Shown here piece by piece: positions 7,428 through 16,756 of a stretch of DNA of 53,262 nucleotides. Under the pieces are notes generated by a model. The model did not search any database. It was not told the DNA's origin and saw only the letters and a program-made list of their open reading frames with translations. This DNA comes from Firmicutes bacterium UBA3914 (lineage in GTDB: Bacteria > Bacillota > Limnochordia > Darwinibacteriales > Darwinibacteriaceae), in the NCBI GenBank assembly GCA_002391385.1, contig DGEY01000059.1, positions 1 to 53,262 on the forward strand, given 5' to 3'. How positions within the stretch are numbered: the first letter of the stretch is position 1; every line of letters starts with the position of its first letter. The translations under genes were made by a program, and so were the position numbers.

Positions 7428-8539
7428 AGGAGCTGGTGCCTGACCATCAGGGCCTGGTGCTGGTGATGCTGTTTGTGGTGGGCAACACCCTGGTCTTCGC
7501 CCTGGGGGGCGTGGCTGGTCCCGACATCTGGCTGGCTTTTCTCTTGGCCACCGTCCTGGCCATCCCCATGATCTTGCTTATGGCCCGGGTGCGCAGCCTG
7601 ATGGGGGGCGCCTCCCTGGCCTGCGGCTTGGAACAGCTTTTGGGCAAGTGGCCGTCGCGGGCCTTGGCCTTTGCCTATGCCGGTTATGCTTGGCGGCTGG
7701 CCTGCTATGTGGTGAGTGATGTGACCAACTTCATCCAGGCCGTTGCGCTGCCCACCACGCCGCAGGTGGTCACCGCTACACTGTTTGCCCTGCTCATGCT
7801 CTGGGCCGCCAAGGAAGGGGTGGAGGTTTTGGCCCGCTTTGCGGCGATAATGAGCAAGGTGGTTTTCAACGTCCTCTTCGTCACTTTTCTCATGCTCCTG
7901 AGCCAAGTGGAGCTCGGGGAGTTCCAGCCGGTGATGTATAACGGGGTGAAACCCGTTTGGCTGGGTGCTTTCCAGCTCTTGGAGTTCCCCTTCCTGGAGG
8001 TTGTGGTGCTCTTTTGGGTCTTTGACTGCTTTCGCAGCAAGAAGTCCCCCTACAGAGTCTTCCTCCCCGGCTTTGTGGCCGCGTCCCTGATCCTGCTGGT
8101 GATGGCCAGCACCAGTTTGGCTGTCGTGGGGGCAGAGCGCTATGCCCAGTTTTACTTCCCCGTCTGGGCGGCGGTGGCCCGGATCAACATCTCCACCTTC
8201 CTGACCCGGCTGGAGGCCATTATCGGTGTGACCTTCGCCATAGGCAGTTTCGTAAAGATGGCCGCCTGCCTGCTGGCGGCCAGCCGCTCTCTGGCCTACT
8301 CCTTCGGCTTCGCTGACTACCGCTTCCTGGTTACTCCCCTGGCCTTGGGGGTGATCCCCGGTTCCCAGTGGTTCATCAGTACCCTCTTGGATGTGGAGCT
8401 GTCTGTGATCAAAACCTACCCCACCAGCGCCACCTTTTTCCAGGCGGTTTTGCCCGTTCTGATCTGGATTTGGGTGGAGTGGCGCGCGAGGAAGCTGGGG
8501 AGGGGGAAGAGTTCCCCCACCCAGGCAGGAGGGCAGTGA
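7424..8539 (+). CDS. spore germination protein, GerA-family B subunit (APC-transporter-like)
   Basis: A polytopic membrane protein of about 370 aa with an N-terminus (QGLVLVMLFVVGNTLVF) typical of GerAB/GerKB. The start is set at the GTG coupled to the upstream stop. Confidence 0.85.
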   Translation: MKELVPDHQGLVLVMLFVVGNTLVFALGGVAGPDIWLAFLLATVLAIPMILLMARVRSLMGGASLACGLEQLLGKWPSRALAFAYAGYAWRLACYVVSDVTNFIQAVALPTTPQVVTATLFALLMLWAAKEGVEVLARFAAIMSKVVFNVLFVTFLMLLSQVELGEFQPVMYNGVKPVWLGAFQLLEFPFLEVVVLFWVFDCFRSKKSPYRVFLPGFVAASLILLVMASTSLAVVGAERYAQFYFPVWAAVARINISTFLTRLEAIIGVTFAIGSFVKMAACLLAASRSLAYSFGFADYRFLVTPLALGVIPGSQWFISTLLDVELSVIKTYPTSATFFQAVLPVLIWIWVEWRARKLGRGKSSPTQAGGQ

Positions 8540-8593
8540 AAAGTCGAGAATTATTCGCTTGTATGTCTACGCTGAATTGAGGAGGCGCTGCGC

Positions 8594-10297
8594 ATGGATG
8601 CGATGGCAAGCTACCAAGCCTGGCTGAATAATCCTCTGATTGACGAGGACACCAAAACCGAACTGCGGGGCTTGGCAGAAAATCCCCGGGAAATAGAGGA
8701 TCGGTTTTATAAATGGCTGGAGTTTGGCACCGGGGGTTTGAGGGGTACCATGGGTGCCGGCACCAACAGGGTGAATATCTACACCATCCGCCTGGCCACC
8801 CAAGCCCTGGCCGCTGTCCTCAAGGCGGAGGGGAGGGACAAGGGCGTGGTGATCGCCTACGACTCCAGGCGCAGGTCCCGTGAGTTTGCCCAGGCGGCCG
8901 CGGGGGTCTTGGTGGCCAACGGCCTGCCGGTGTACTTGTTCCCGGAGGTGGCCCCCACGCCGCTCCTTTCCTTTGCCGTGCGCCACCTTGAGGCCGCGGC
9001 GGGCCTGGTGATCACCGCCAGCCACAATCCGCCCGAGTACAACGGGTACAAGGTGTATAACGAGGCCGGGGGGCAGATCTTAAGCGCCGAGGCCGCAAAG
9101 ATCAGCTCCCGCCTGGCTAGGCTGCGCCTGGAGGAGGTGCAGTTTGCCCCGGATCCCCTGGAACATCCCCTCTTGAGCCTGGTGGGGGATGAGGTGGTGG
9201 AAGCCTATTACCACGCGGTACTCTCCAGCGTCCCTCCCCTGGAGCACAGCGGTGAGCTGGGCGTTTTGTACACTCCCCTCCACGGCACCGGGGGACGTTA
9301 TGTGCCGGAAGTGCTGCGGCGGGCGGGCTTTCGGCGGGTCGCTGTTGTACCGGAGCAGCTTAAGCCCGATGGGGATTTTCCCACCGTGACTTCGCCCAAT
9401 CCAGAGGATGGGGAAGCCTTTGCCCTGGCCTTTCAGCAGGCCGCGGGGAAAGGCTGTGATCTGATCATTGCCACCGACCCCGATGCGGATCGCATGGGGG
9501 TGGCGGTGCGCCAGGGGGAGAGCTGGGTGCTGCTGAACGGCAACCAGATGGGCGTGCTCCTCGCGGACTATCTCCTCTCCCGCCTGGAGCCCCCCAAGCT
9601 GCAGGGGGGCGTTGTGGTCAAGACCATCGTCACCACGGAGATGATCCTGCCGCTGGCCCGCCGCTGGGGGGTGGAGGTGCTCAACACCTTGACCGGGTTT
9701 AAGTACATCGGCGCGCTCATGGATCGCCTGCCGCCCGCGGGTAAGCAGTTCATCTTCGGTTTTGAGGAAAGCTACGGCTATCTGGCGGGCACCTACGCCC
9801 GGGATAAGGATGCGGTGGTGGCCAGCCTCCTGGCCGCCCAGGCCGCGGCCTTCTACGCCCAAAGGGGTTTGAGCCTCGCCCAGCGTCTAGAGGAGCTCTT
9901 CACCGCATACGGCTGTTACCTCCAGGATGTCGCTTCGTATTCCTTCGCCACCAGCCTAGAGGCGGAGCGGGCGCGCCTTTTTGTCCAGCGGCTGCGGGAA
10001 AAGCCCCTAACGACACTGGCCGGGGAGGCGGTGCTGGAAATTAGGGACTACGGCCGGGGCGTGCGCTGGGAGCTGGCGACGGGCAGGGAAGCTCCCCTTG
10101 ACCTTCCCCGGGAAGATGTGCTGCAGTGGATAACCGAAAAGGGCAGCAAGGTATCCCTGCGCCCCTCAGGCACCGAGCCCAAGATGAAACTCTACCTGGA
10201 GGTGCAGGGCCGCAGCCGCGGGGAGGCGGAGGAGCGGCTTTTCAAGCTCAAAGCCGCCTGCCACCAGCTGATTGTGCAGGGCCTGGCGGAAAGCTAA
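8594..10297 (+). CDS. pgcA: phospho-sugar mutase (alpha-phosphoglucomutase, PgcA-like)
   Basis: FGTGGLRGTMGAGTNRVN, the active-site TASHNPPEYNGYKVY, ATDPDADR and RPSGTEPK are present. It appears collinear with my recollection of B. subtilis PgcA. Confidence 0.9.
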   Translation: MDAMASYQAWLNNPLIDEDTKTELRGLAENPREIEDRFYKWLEFGTGGLRGTMGAGTNRVNIYTIRLATQALAAVLKAEGRDKGVVIAYDSRRRSREFAQAAAGVLVANGLPVYLFPEVAPTPLLSFAVRHLEAAAGLVITASHNPPEYNGYKVYNEAGGQILSAEAAKISSRLARLRLEEVQFAPDPLEHPLLSLVGDEVVEAYYHAVLSSVPPLEHSGELGVLYTPLHGTGGRYVPEVLRRAGFRRVAVVPEQLKPDGDFPTVTSPNPEDGEAFALAFQQAAGKGCDLIIATDPDADRMGVAVRQGESWVLLNGNQMGVLLADYLLSRLEPPKLQGGVVVKTIVTTEMILPLARRWGVEVLNTLTGFKYIGALMDRLPPAGKQFIFGFEESYGYLAGTYARDKDAVVASLLAAQAAAFYAQRGLSLAQRLEELFTAYGCYLQDVASYSFATSLEAERARLFVQRLREKPLTTLAGEAVLEIRDYGRGVRWELATGREAPLDLPREDVLQWITEKGSKVSLRPSGTEPKMKLYLEVQGRSRGEAEERLFKLKAACHQLIVQGLAES

Positions 10298-10323
10298 GCA
10301 GCCCTCCCTTTTCGGGGTAGCAA

Positions 10324-10367
10324 AAACACCGCTGTCTGCCGCCTTGGGGCCAGCGGTGTTTGCTTTT
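10324..10367. terminator. bidirectional intrinsic terminator between pgcA and the HD-GYP gene
   Basis: The stem AAACACCGCTG (10324-10334) / CAGCGGTGTTT (10351-10361) is followed by GCTTTTGG. Confidence 0.7.
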
Positions 10368-10382
10368 GGAGACCGGGGAAGC

Positions 10383-11576
10383 TCAGCGGTGCTTGTCCAC
10401 GATGGCCATGATCTCATCCAGGTGGGCGATGGCCAGCTCCGTGAGTTCCGGGTCGATGTGCCCCGCCTGGACATTGTTGCGCAGGAGGGCGGTGACCTTG
10501 TCCTTGGACATGGCCGGCCGATAGGGCCGGTGTTCCAGGAGAGACTGGGTGATATCCGCCACAGCCATCAAACGGGCCTCCAGGCCCAGCTGCTCGGCCC
10601 GCAGGCCGAAGGGGTAGCCGGTGCCATCCAGCCGCTCGTGGTGGAAGGCGGCCCAGCCCGCGAGCTCTTCGGCACCGGGTCCGAACTCCCTGATCAGATG
10701 GTAGGTGTGATAGGTGTGCTGCTGCATCACGGCCCGCTGCTCCCGGCTGAGCCCCCCGGGATGCATGAGGATCTCGTCGGGGACCGCCAGCTTGCCCAGG
10801 TCGTGGAGGAGGCCGGCCACCTTGATGGTGCGCACCTTGGTCTCGGGCATGTCCAGTTTCCGGGCCAAAAACTCCGCCACATCGGCCACGCCCTTGGAGT
10901 GATCTCCGGTCCAGGGTGATTTGGCGTCCACGATGGTGGCCACCAGCTCGCCCAGTTCCTCCAGCTCATCGATGGTCAACTTCCGCCGGAAGCTGGACCG
11001 CCCAGCGGCGTACTGGTAGTTGCGGTGCTGAAGATCAAGCCAGAAGCTGGGCGTTTGGGCCACGCGCCTTAAGGCTTCCACCACCTCCGGGGAGAAGACG
11101 TCCCCCTGTCTGTGGGTGAAATAGGCGAGGATGTCCTCCACCTGCCAGAGGTAGTAGGTGTCCTTCTTGAGGATGATATCCACCCGGTCCGCGACATGCA
11201 GGACGGCGGGGATGGGGCGCAGGTTAGGGGAGTAATAATCGTGATGTTCCAGGACGTTGCGGGCCAGGCCGCTGAACAGGCTGATGGACCTAACCAGGCG
11301 GTAGCCCCGCAGGCAGTGGGCGGAAACCCGCTCCCGCACCGGCTCCAAATCCGCCAGCGCCAGCTGCTCGTCGGAGGTGAGGATGCCCACATCGTGGAGG
11401 AGGGCGCTGAGCACCAGCTCATTGAGCTCCGCTTCCGTCCAGTCCAGCTTCCTACCGAGGTGGTAGGCGATATGGGCCACCCGTTCAGCGTGGTCCAGGA
11501 AAACCTGCTTGTTGATGTCCCCGGCCCTGCTCAAACTGCGCATGGTGGAGATTAGGTCTGCTTCAAACTGTGCCAT
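10383..11576 (-). CDS. tandem HD / HD-GYP domain protein (putative c-di-GMP phosphodiesterase)
   Basis: The C-terminal domain has LLHDLGK and HHERLDGTGYPFG. The N-terminal domain has LLHDVG but a degenerate HHDYYSPN. The ATG at 11576 has GAGGAG 8 nt upstream. The GTG at 11585 overlaps that SD. Confidence 0.85.
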   Translation of the reverse strand: MAQFEADLISTMRSLSRAGDINKQVFLDHAERVAHIAYHLGRKLDWTEAELNELVLSALLHDVGILTSDEQLALADLEPVRERVSAHCLRGYRLVRSISLFSGLARNVLEHHDYYSPNLRPIPAVLHVADRVDIILKKDTYYLWQVEDILAYFTHRQGDVFSPEVVEALRRVAQTPSFWLDLQHRNYQYAAGRSSFRRKLTIDELEELGELVATIVDAKSPWTGDHSKGVADVAEFLARKLDMPETKVRTIKVAGLLHDLGKLAVPDEILMHPGGLSREQRAVMQQHTYHTYHLIREFGPGAEELAGWAAFHHERLDGTGYPFGLRAEQLGLEARLMAVADITQSLLEHRPYRPAMSKDKVTALLRNNVQAGHIDPELTELAIAHLDEIMAIVDKHR

Positions 11577-11674
11577 GGGTTTCACTCCTCGCCAAGAGTC
11601 ACGCGGATGGAAAAAGGATATCTCCGCCGGAAGGGGAATAAGAATACCCGTATGTTCTAAAAGGAGTGGCTTGA

Positions 11675-12235
11675 ATGCAGCAAAAACGTGCTAGTCTTTG
11701 GAACCTTTTCAGCGTCTTTTTCCGCATCGGCGCCTTCACCTTCGGCGGGGGCCTGGCCATGCTGCCCCTCATCGAACGGGAAGTGGTGGAGGTCCAGGGC
11801 TGGGTGGAGCAGGAGGAGATCTTGGATATTGTGGCCCTCTCCCAATCCGTGCCCGGAGCCATCGCCGTGAACAGCGCCATCTTCATCGGCCTCCGCCTGC
11901 GGGGGCTGGCGGGGGCTCTGGCGGCGCTCCTGGGCGTGATGACCCCCTCCGTTGTAATTATCCTCATCATAGCACATTTCTTTACACAGTTTCAATCCAA
12001 TCCCTATGTGATGCGGGCTTTCTCCGGGGTCAAGGCCGCGGTGATCGGCCTGGTGGCCGCGGCAGCCTGGCGGGTGGGCCGGCAGGTGGTCACCAGCCCC
12101 TACGCATTGGCCGCCTCATTGGTCGCCCTGGTTTTGAGCGTCTTTGATCTGCTGCCCATCGTTTGGATTATCATTTTAGGGGGTATCAGCGGGATCATCT
12201 ACTTCAGCCGCCGGGAAGGGGGAGTGGCCAAGTGA
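11675..12235 (+). CDS. chromate transporter family protein (short CHR, first half)
   Basis: FFRIGAFTFGGGLAMLPLIEREVV is the CHR signature. RBS AAGGAG is present. Confidence 0.85.
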   Translation: MQQKRASLWNLFSVFFRIGAFTFGGGLAMLPLIEREVVEVQGWVEQEEILDIVALSQSVPGAIAVNSAIFIGLRLRGLAGALAALLGVMTPSVVIILIIAHFFTQFQSNPYVMRAFSGVKAAVIGLVAAAAWRVGRQVVTSPYALAASLVALVLSVFDLLPIVWIIILGGISGIIYFSRREGGVAK

Positions 12236-12771
12236 TCTTCTGGCAGCTCTTTGCTTCGTTCTTTAAGATCGGACTTTTCACCATCGGCGGCGGGTACGCC
12301 ATGCTGGCCCTCATCCAGCAGGAAATCGTCCGGTTGGGCTGGATGACGCCCCAGGAGTTCGTGGATGTGGTGGGCATCGCCGAGGTTACCCCTGGACCCA
12401 TCGCCATTAACTCCGCAACCTTTGTGGGGTTCCGCACCGGGGGCATTCCCGGGGCTCTGCTCGCTTCCTTTGCCGTGGTGCTGCCCTCGCTGCTCTGCGT
12501 GAGCGTGGTGAGCCGCATGTGGAACAGGTACAAGGAAGCCCGCCTGGTGCAGTTCATGTTCGCGGGCATCCGCCCTGTGGCGGCTGGCCTGGTGGCCGCG
12601 GCTGCAGTGCTCATTGCCTTGGCCACCTTCCGGTATGTACAGGGGTTCCCTGGGAAGCTTTGGACGGGGCTCATCGCCGCCGGCTGCTTCTACGGGGTGG
12701 GAGTGAAGAAGTGGAATCCCATCAAGGTGCTCATGATTGCGGCGGTTTTGGGCCTGCTGCTCTTCCGCTGA
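12232..12771 (+). CDS. chromate transporter family protein (short CHR, second half)
   Basis: FFKIGLFTIGGGYAMLALIQQEIV matches the CHR signature. The GTG start overlaps the upstream stop (GTGA). Confidence 0.85.
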   Translation: MIFWQLFASFFKIGLFTIGGGYAMLALIQQEIVRLGWMTPQEFVDVVGIAEVTPGPIAINSATFVGFRTGGIPGALLASFAVVLPSLLCVSVVSRMWNRYKEARLVQFMFAGIRPVAAGLVAAAAVLIALATFRYVQGFPGKLWTGLIAAGCFYGVGVKKWNPIKVLMIAAVLGLLLFR

Positions 12772-12800
12772 AGGATTTGGGGAAAAATGCCACGGAGGTC

Positions 12801-12829
12801 TAGCCAAGGGGCCACCTTCGTGGTATACT
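12801..12829 (+). promoter_or_regulatory. promoter candidate for the TetR/transporter operon (TAGCCA-N17-TATACT with TG extension)
   Basis: TAGCCA at 12801-12806, a 17-nt spacer ending in TGG, and TATACT at 12824-12829. Confidence 0.4.
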
Positions 12830-12874
12830 TTTGATGTCGGTATGACTGGGTGGTCACATAAGGGGGGGAGGAAG

Positions 12875-13468
12875 GTGCCCAAGCAGACGTTTTTCAACCT
12901 GGAGCCGGAAAAGCGCCAGGGAATCATCGCCGCCGCGGTGCGGGAGTTTGCCGAGCACCCCTTTGAGCAGGCTTCCCTGACCAAGATCGTGGAAAGCTGC
13001 GGCATCGCCAAGGGCAGCATGTACCAGTATTTCGAAGACAAGCTGGATCTCTACCTGTACATCGTGGATCTGGCCTACGAACAGAAAAAGGCCTATGTGG
13101 GCAGGGCCTTCAGCTTGGAGGGGGACATCTTCGCGGTTTTGAGCGAGTATTACCGCTTGTCCTACCAGTTTGCCCTGGACCATCCCCTGCTGCACCAGGT
13201 GGCCAACAAGTTCTGGGATTCCCGCTCCGAAGCCCTCCGGGCCGAGCTGGAGAAGGGCCGCCTGAGCCGGTCCAGGGATTTTGCCCGGGTCTTGGCCGAG
13301 GCCATGGCCGCAGGGAAGGTCAATCCCCAGCTGGATCCGGAAGCGGTCTTTTTTGTGTACCACGCGGTGGGCAAAGAACTGATCGATCATTTTCACCAGG
13401 GCTGTAATGACGAGTTTTTGCAGCAGGTCTTGGATGTTTTGAAATATGGACTACAGGCACGGGACTAA
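12875..13468 (+). CDS. TetR/AcrR family transcriptional regulator
   Basis: The HTH is ASLTKIVESCGIAKGSMYQYFEDK. The GTG at 12875 follows GGGGGGGAGGAAG. The upstream part of the track ORF is rejected. Confidence 0.85.
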   Translation: MPKQTFFNLEPEKRQGIIAAAVREFAEHPFEQASLTKIVESCGIAKGSMYQYFEDKLDLYLYIVDLAYEQKKAYVGRAFSLEGDIFAVLSEYYRLSYQFALDHPLLHQVANKFWDSRSEALRAELEKGRLSRSRDFARVLAEAMAAGKVNPQLDPEAVFFVYHAVGKELIDHFHQGCNDEFLQQVLDVLKYGLQARD

Positions 13469-13489
13469 GGAAACAGGGGGCGAGACAAG

Positions 13490-14965
13490 ATGTGGAAACG
13501 CATGGGCTTGCAGCTGATCATAGCTTTGCTGCTCTTGACTTGGGGCGGGTTTGCCAGCGCCCAAGTCTTAAATGTGGCCATTCCCCAGGATCCGGATAGC
13601 TTCGATCCCACCCGCACGGTGGCCGCAGCCACCAGCGAGGTGGCCTTCAACATCTATGAAGGTCTGGTCAAGGCCACGCCGGAGGGGGGAGTTGCCCCGG
13701 CCCTGGCCAGCCACTGGACTGTGGACCAGGGAGGCACCTTGTACACCTTTTACCTGCGGGAGGCCTACTTCCATGACGGCAGTCCCGTCACGGTGGAGGA
13801 TGTGGTCCACAGTTTGAACCGGGCCCGGGATCCGGAGCTGGCGGTGCGCGCCGGGGAGCTTGCGGTGATCAAAGAGATCACTGCCCTGGAGAACGCGGTG
13901 CAAATTGAACTCCACGAGCCCCACGGGGCCTTTCTCTACCTGCTCACGGAGGTGTATGCCTCCATCTACCCCAAGGGGGCGGGGGATCTCAGCCGGAAGC
14001 CCATCGGCACCGGCCCCTATTACCTCGCGGACTGGGGCCCCAACCAGCGTCTGGAGCTGCGCCGCTTTGAGCACCACTGGTCGGGGCAGCGCCCCTATTT
14101 TGCCCAGGTCAACTTTTTGATCATGCCCGATGAAAACAGTATGGTGCTCAACCTCAAAGCGGGGCGGATCCAGCTCATCCCCCGCCTGGAGGTGTCCGTT
14201 TTGCACCAGGTGGAAAACAGCCCCGGGATCAAGGTCCTGGCCTCGCCCATGAACCTGGTCCAGCTGTTTGCCATCAACAACGCCCGGCCCCCCTTTGATG
14301 ACCTGCGGGTCCGCAGGGCTTTGGCCCTGGGTCTGAACCGGGAAGAGATCTTGCTGGGGGCAGCCTGGGGGAACGGCTTTCTTCTGGACAGCGCCCTAAG
14401 CCCGGCCATGGCAGGCTTTTACCACGACGGTCTGGGGGAGATCAACCCCTACGATCCGCAGCGGGCCAAGGAGCTGCTCCGGGAGGCGGGGCAGGAAAAC
14501 CTGCGCTTTACCTTGACCCTACCCGCCAACTACCCCTTCCACGTGCAGGCCGGGGAAATCGCGGCCCAGCAGTGGCAAGCCCTGGGCCTGGAGGTGGATC
14601 TGGAGATTGTGGAGTGGGGGACCTGGCTGGAGCGGGTTTACACCCAGAGGGACTACGATGTTTCCATCATCGGTTTGGCGGGGCGTCTCGATCCCCATGC
14701 CATCTTGGTCCGCTACACCACAGACAGCAGCCGCAACTTCTTCAACTTCTCCAACGCCCGCTACGATGAGCTGATCGAGCTGGGGCTGCGGGCCGAGGGG
14801 GAAGAGCGGCGGGCCATTTACCTGGAGGCCCAGGAGATTTTAGCCCGGGAGCTGCCTGGCATTTTCATCATGGATCCGCAGCAGCTTGCGGCCATGCGGG
14901 AAGAAGTGCAAGGCTGGCGCAGCTACCCGGTGTACGTGGTGGACCTGGCCAGTTTGTATCAGTAG
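13490..14965 (+). CDS. ABC transporter substrate-binding protein, family 5 (peptide/nickel/opine type)
   Basis: A 491-aa protein with NVAIPQDPDSFDP and GTGPYYL-like motifs. The signal peptide ends ...GGFASAQV and has no lipobox cysteine. Confidence 0.85.
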   Translation: MWKRMGLQLIIALLLLTWGGFASAQVLNVAIPQDPDSFDPTRTVAAATSEVAFNIYEGLVKATPEGGVAPALASHWTVDQGGTLYTFYLREAYFHDGSPVTVEDVVHSLNRARDPELAVRAGELAVIKEITALENAVQIELHEPHGAFLYLLTEVYASIYPKGAGDLSRKPIGTGPYYLADWGPNQRLELRRFEHHWSGQRPYFAQVNFLIMPDENSMVLNLKAGRIQLIPRLEVSVLHQVENSPGIKVLASPMNLVQLFAINNARPPFDDLRVRRALALGLNREEILLGAAWGNGFLLDSALSPAMAGFYHDGLGEINPYDPQRAKELLREAGQENLRFTLTLPANYPFHVQAGEIAAQQWQALGLEVDLEIVEWGTWLERVYTQRDYDVSIIGLAGRLDPHAILVRYTTDSSRNFFNFSNARYDELIELGLRAEGEERRAIYLEAQEILARELPGIFIMDPQQLAAMREEVQGWRSYPVYVVDLASLYQ

Positions 14966-14981
14966 GGGGAAGGCAGGGAGT

Positions 14982-15902
14982 ATGAAGCGTTATCTGTGGC
15001 GCAGAGCCGGGGGATTTCTCCTCACCGCGCTCTTGGTGAACTTTGCCACCTTTTTCATCCTGCAGGTGCTGCCTGGTGATCCGGCCCTGCTCATGCTGGG
15101 CACCGAGGGCAGCCCCGAGGCCTATGCCGCCCTGCGCCGGGAGCTCAGCCTGGATAAGCCGGTGCTGCCGCGCTATGGCCAGTGGCTGCTACGCTTCATC
15201 GGGGGCCAGTGGGGGAACTCCTGGCGCTATTCCCTGCCTGTGCGGGAGTTGGTGAGCCGGGCCTTTCCCCTTTCCTTGGGCCTGGCCCTCCTGGCGGTGG
15301 GGGCCGCGGCGGGCGCGGCTCTGCCGGTGGGCCTGTACATGGCCCTGCGGCCCCGCAGTTTCGGCAGCCGCCTGCTTTCCCTCGGCACCCAGCTGGGGCT
15401 GGGTTTGCCCCAGTTTTGGGTGGGCATTCTGCTCATCCAGCTCTTCGCGGTGCAGCTGCGGCTGCTGCCCCCGGGGGGAGCCGAGGGCTGGGTCAGTTTT
15501 CTTCTGCCCACCCTGACTTTGGCCCTGCCCAGGATGGCGGTGCTCAGCCGCTTTTTGCGCGCCGGCATGCTGGAGGCTCTGGCTGAGGATTATGTGCGCA
15601 CCGCCCGGGCCAAGGGGCTGCCCCAAGGGAGCGTTTTGTTCAAACACGCCCTGCGCAACGCGGCCTTGGGCCCCCTCACCGCCGCGGGAGTGCAGTTCGC
15701 CCAGCTCTTGGCGGGCACCATCGTGGTGGAACAGGTCTTCGGCCTGCCCGGTGTGGGCCAGCTCCTCCTAAACGGCGTGTTCCAGCGGGATCTGCCCCTG
15801 GTGCAGGCGGTGGTGACCCTGGTGGTTCTGCTTATCCTCCTCTTTGATCTGGCCTTCGATCTCTGTCTGGGGCTTTTGGATCCCCGCATCCGCTATGAAT
15901 GA
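14982..15902 (+). CDS. ABC transporter permease (DppB/OppB-like)
   Basis: MKRYLWRRAGGFLLTALLVNFATFFILQVLPGDPA and the EAA-loop region TARAKGL are present. The ATG at 14982 follows GGCAGGGAG. Confidence 0.85.
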   Translation: MKRYLWRRAGGFLLTALLVNFATFFILQVLPGDPALLMLGTEGSPEAYAALRRELSLDKPVLPRYGQWLLRFIGGQWGNSWRYSLPVRELVSRAFPLSLGLALLAVGAAAGAALPVGLYMALRPRSFGSRLLSLGTQLGLGLPQFWVGILLIQLFAVQLRLLPPGGAEGWVSFLLPTLTLALPRMAVLSRFLRAGMLEALAEDYVRTARAKGLPQGSVLFKHALRNAALGPLTAAGVQFAQLLAGTIVVEQVFGLPGVGQLLLNGVFQRDLPLVQAVVTLVVLLILLFDLAFDLCLGLLDPRIRYE

Positions 15903-16720
15903 AGGTGAAAACGACCATGAATTCCCGCAGCTGGGGTAGGATCTTAGTGGGCTTTATGCTTGCGTTCACTATCCTAGGTTGGGTTTATACCCCCCATGAT
16001 CCCAATCAAATCAGCATTGCCAAGCGTTTTCAGCCCCCCAGTGGGGAGCATCCCCTGGGGACGGATCACTTCGGACGGGATGTGCTCAGCCGCATCCTCT
16101 GGGGCGCGCGCATTTCCCTGGCGGTGGGGGTGGCCGCGGTCTGCCTGGGGGCGGCTGCGGGAGTGGCCCTGGGGCTGGCCGCCGGTTTTTTTGGCGGCTG
16201 GTGGGATGAACTGCTCATGCGCCTGAGCACCAGCCTGCAGGCCCTGCCCAGCATCCTTCTGGCCCTGCTCTTTGCCGCCATCTGGTCGCCCGGTGTGCCC
16301 GTTGTGGTCTGGGGCATCGCCCTGGGAAACATCCCCAGTTTCCTCAGGGTCACCAGAAACCAGGTGCTCAGCATCAAACAGCGCCCCTATGTGGAAGCGG
16401 CCCGGGCGCTGGGGGCAGGGGATCTGCGCATCATGCTGCGCCACATTCTCCCCAACCTCCGGGGGGCCCTCTTGGTGCAGCTTTCCGTGAGCCTGGCGGG
16501 GGCCATTTTGGCCGAGGCCTCCCTGAGCTACTTGGGAGTGGGTATCCAGCCGCCGGATCCTTCCTGGGGGCGCATGCTGCGGGAGGCCCAGCCCTACGGT
16601 TCCCTGGCCCCCTGGCTGGTTTTAGCTCCGGGCCTCTTCATTGCCCTAGCTGTGATCGGCTTTAACCTCCTGGGGGATAACTGGATTTTAGGCAGGGAAC
16701 GGGTGGCTAAAGGAGAATAA
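15899..16720 (+). CDS. ABC transporter permease (DppC/OppC-like)
   Basis: HPLGTDHFGRDVLSRILWGARISL and YVEAARALGA are typical. The start overlaps the upstream stop as ATGA. Confidence 0.85.
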   Translation: MKVKTTMNSRSWGRILVGFMLAFTILGWVYTPHDPNQISIAKRFQPPSGEHPLGTDHFGRDVLSRILWGARISLAVGVAAVCLGAAAGVALGLAAGFFGGWWDELLMRLSTSLQALPSILLALLFAAIWSPGVPVVVWGIALGNIPSFLRVTRNQVLSIKQRPYVEAARALGAGDLRIMLRHILPNLRGALLVQLSVSLAGAILAEASLSYLGVGIQPPDPSWGRMLREAQPYGSLAPWLVLAPGLFIALAVIGFNLLGDNWILGRERVAKGE

Positions 16721-16756
16721 AGGAGCAGAGATGTTCTGCTAAAAAGGGGTGGAGCC

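Noticed and set aside
12841-12860. TGACTGGGTGGTCA, considered as a TetR operator upstream of the TetR gene.
   Set aside because: It has only 4-bp palindromic arms (TGAC/GTCA), which cannot be distinguished from chance.
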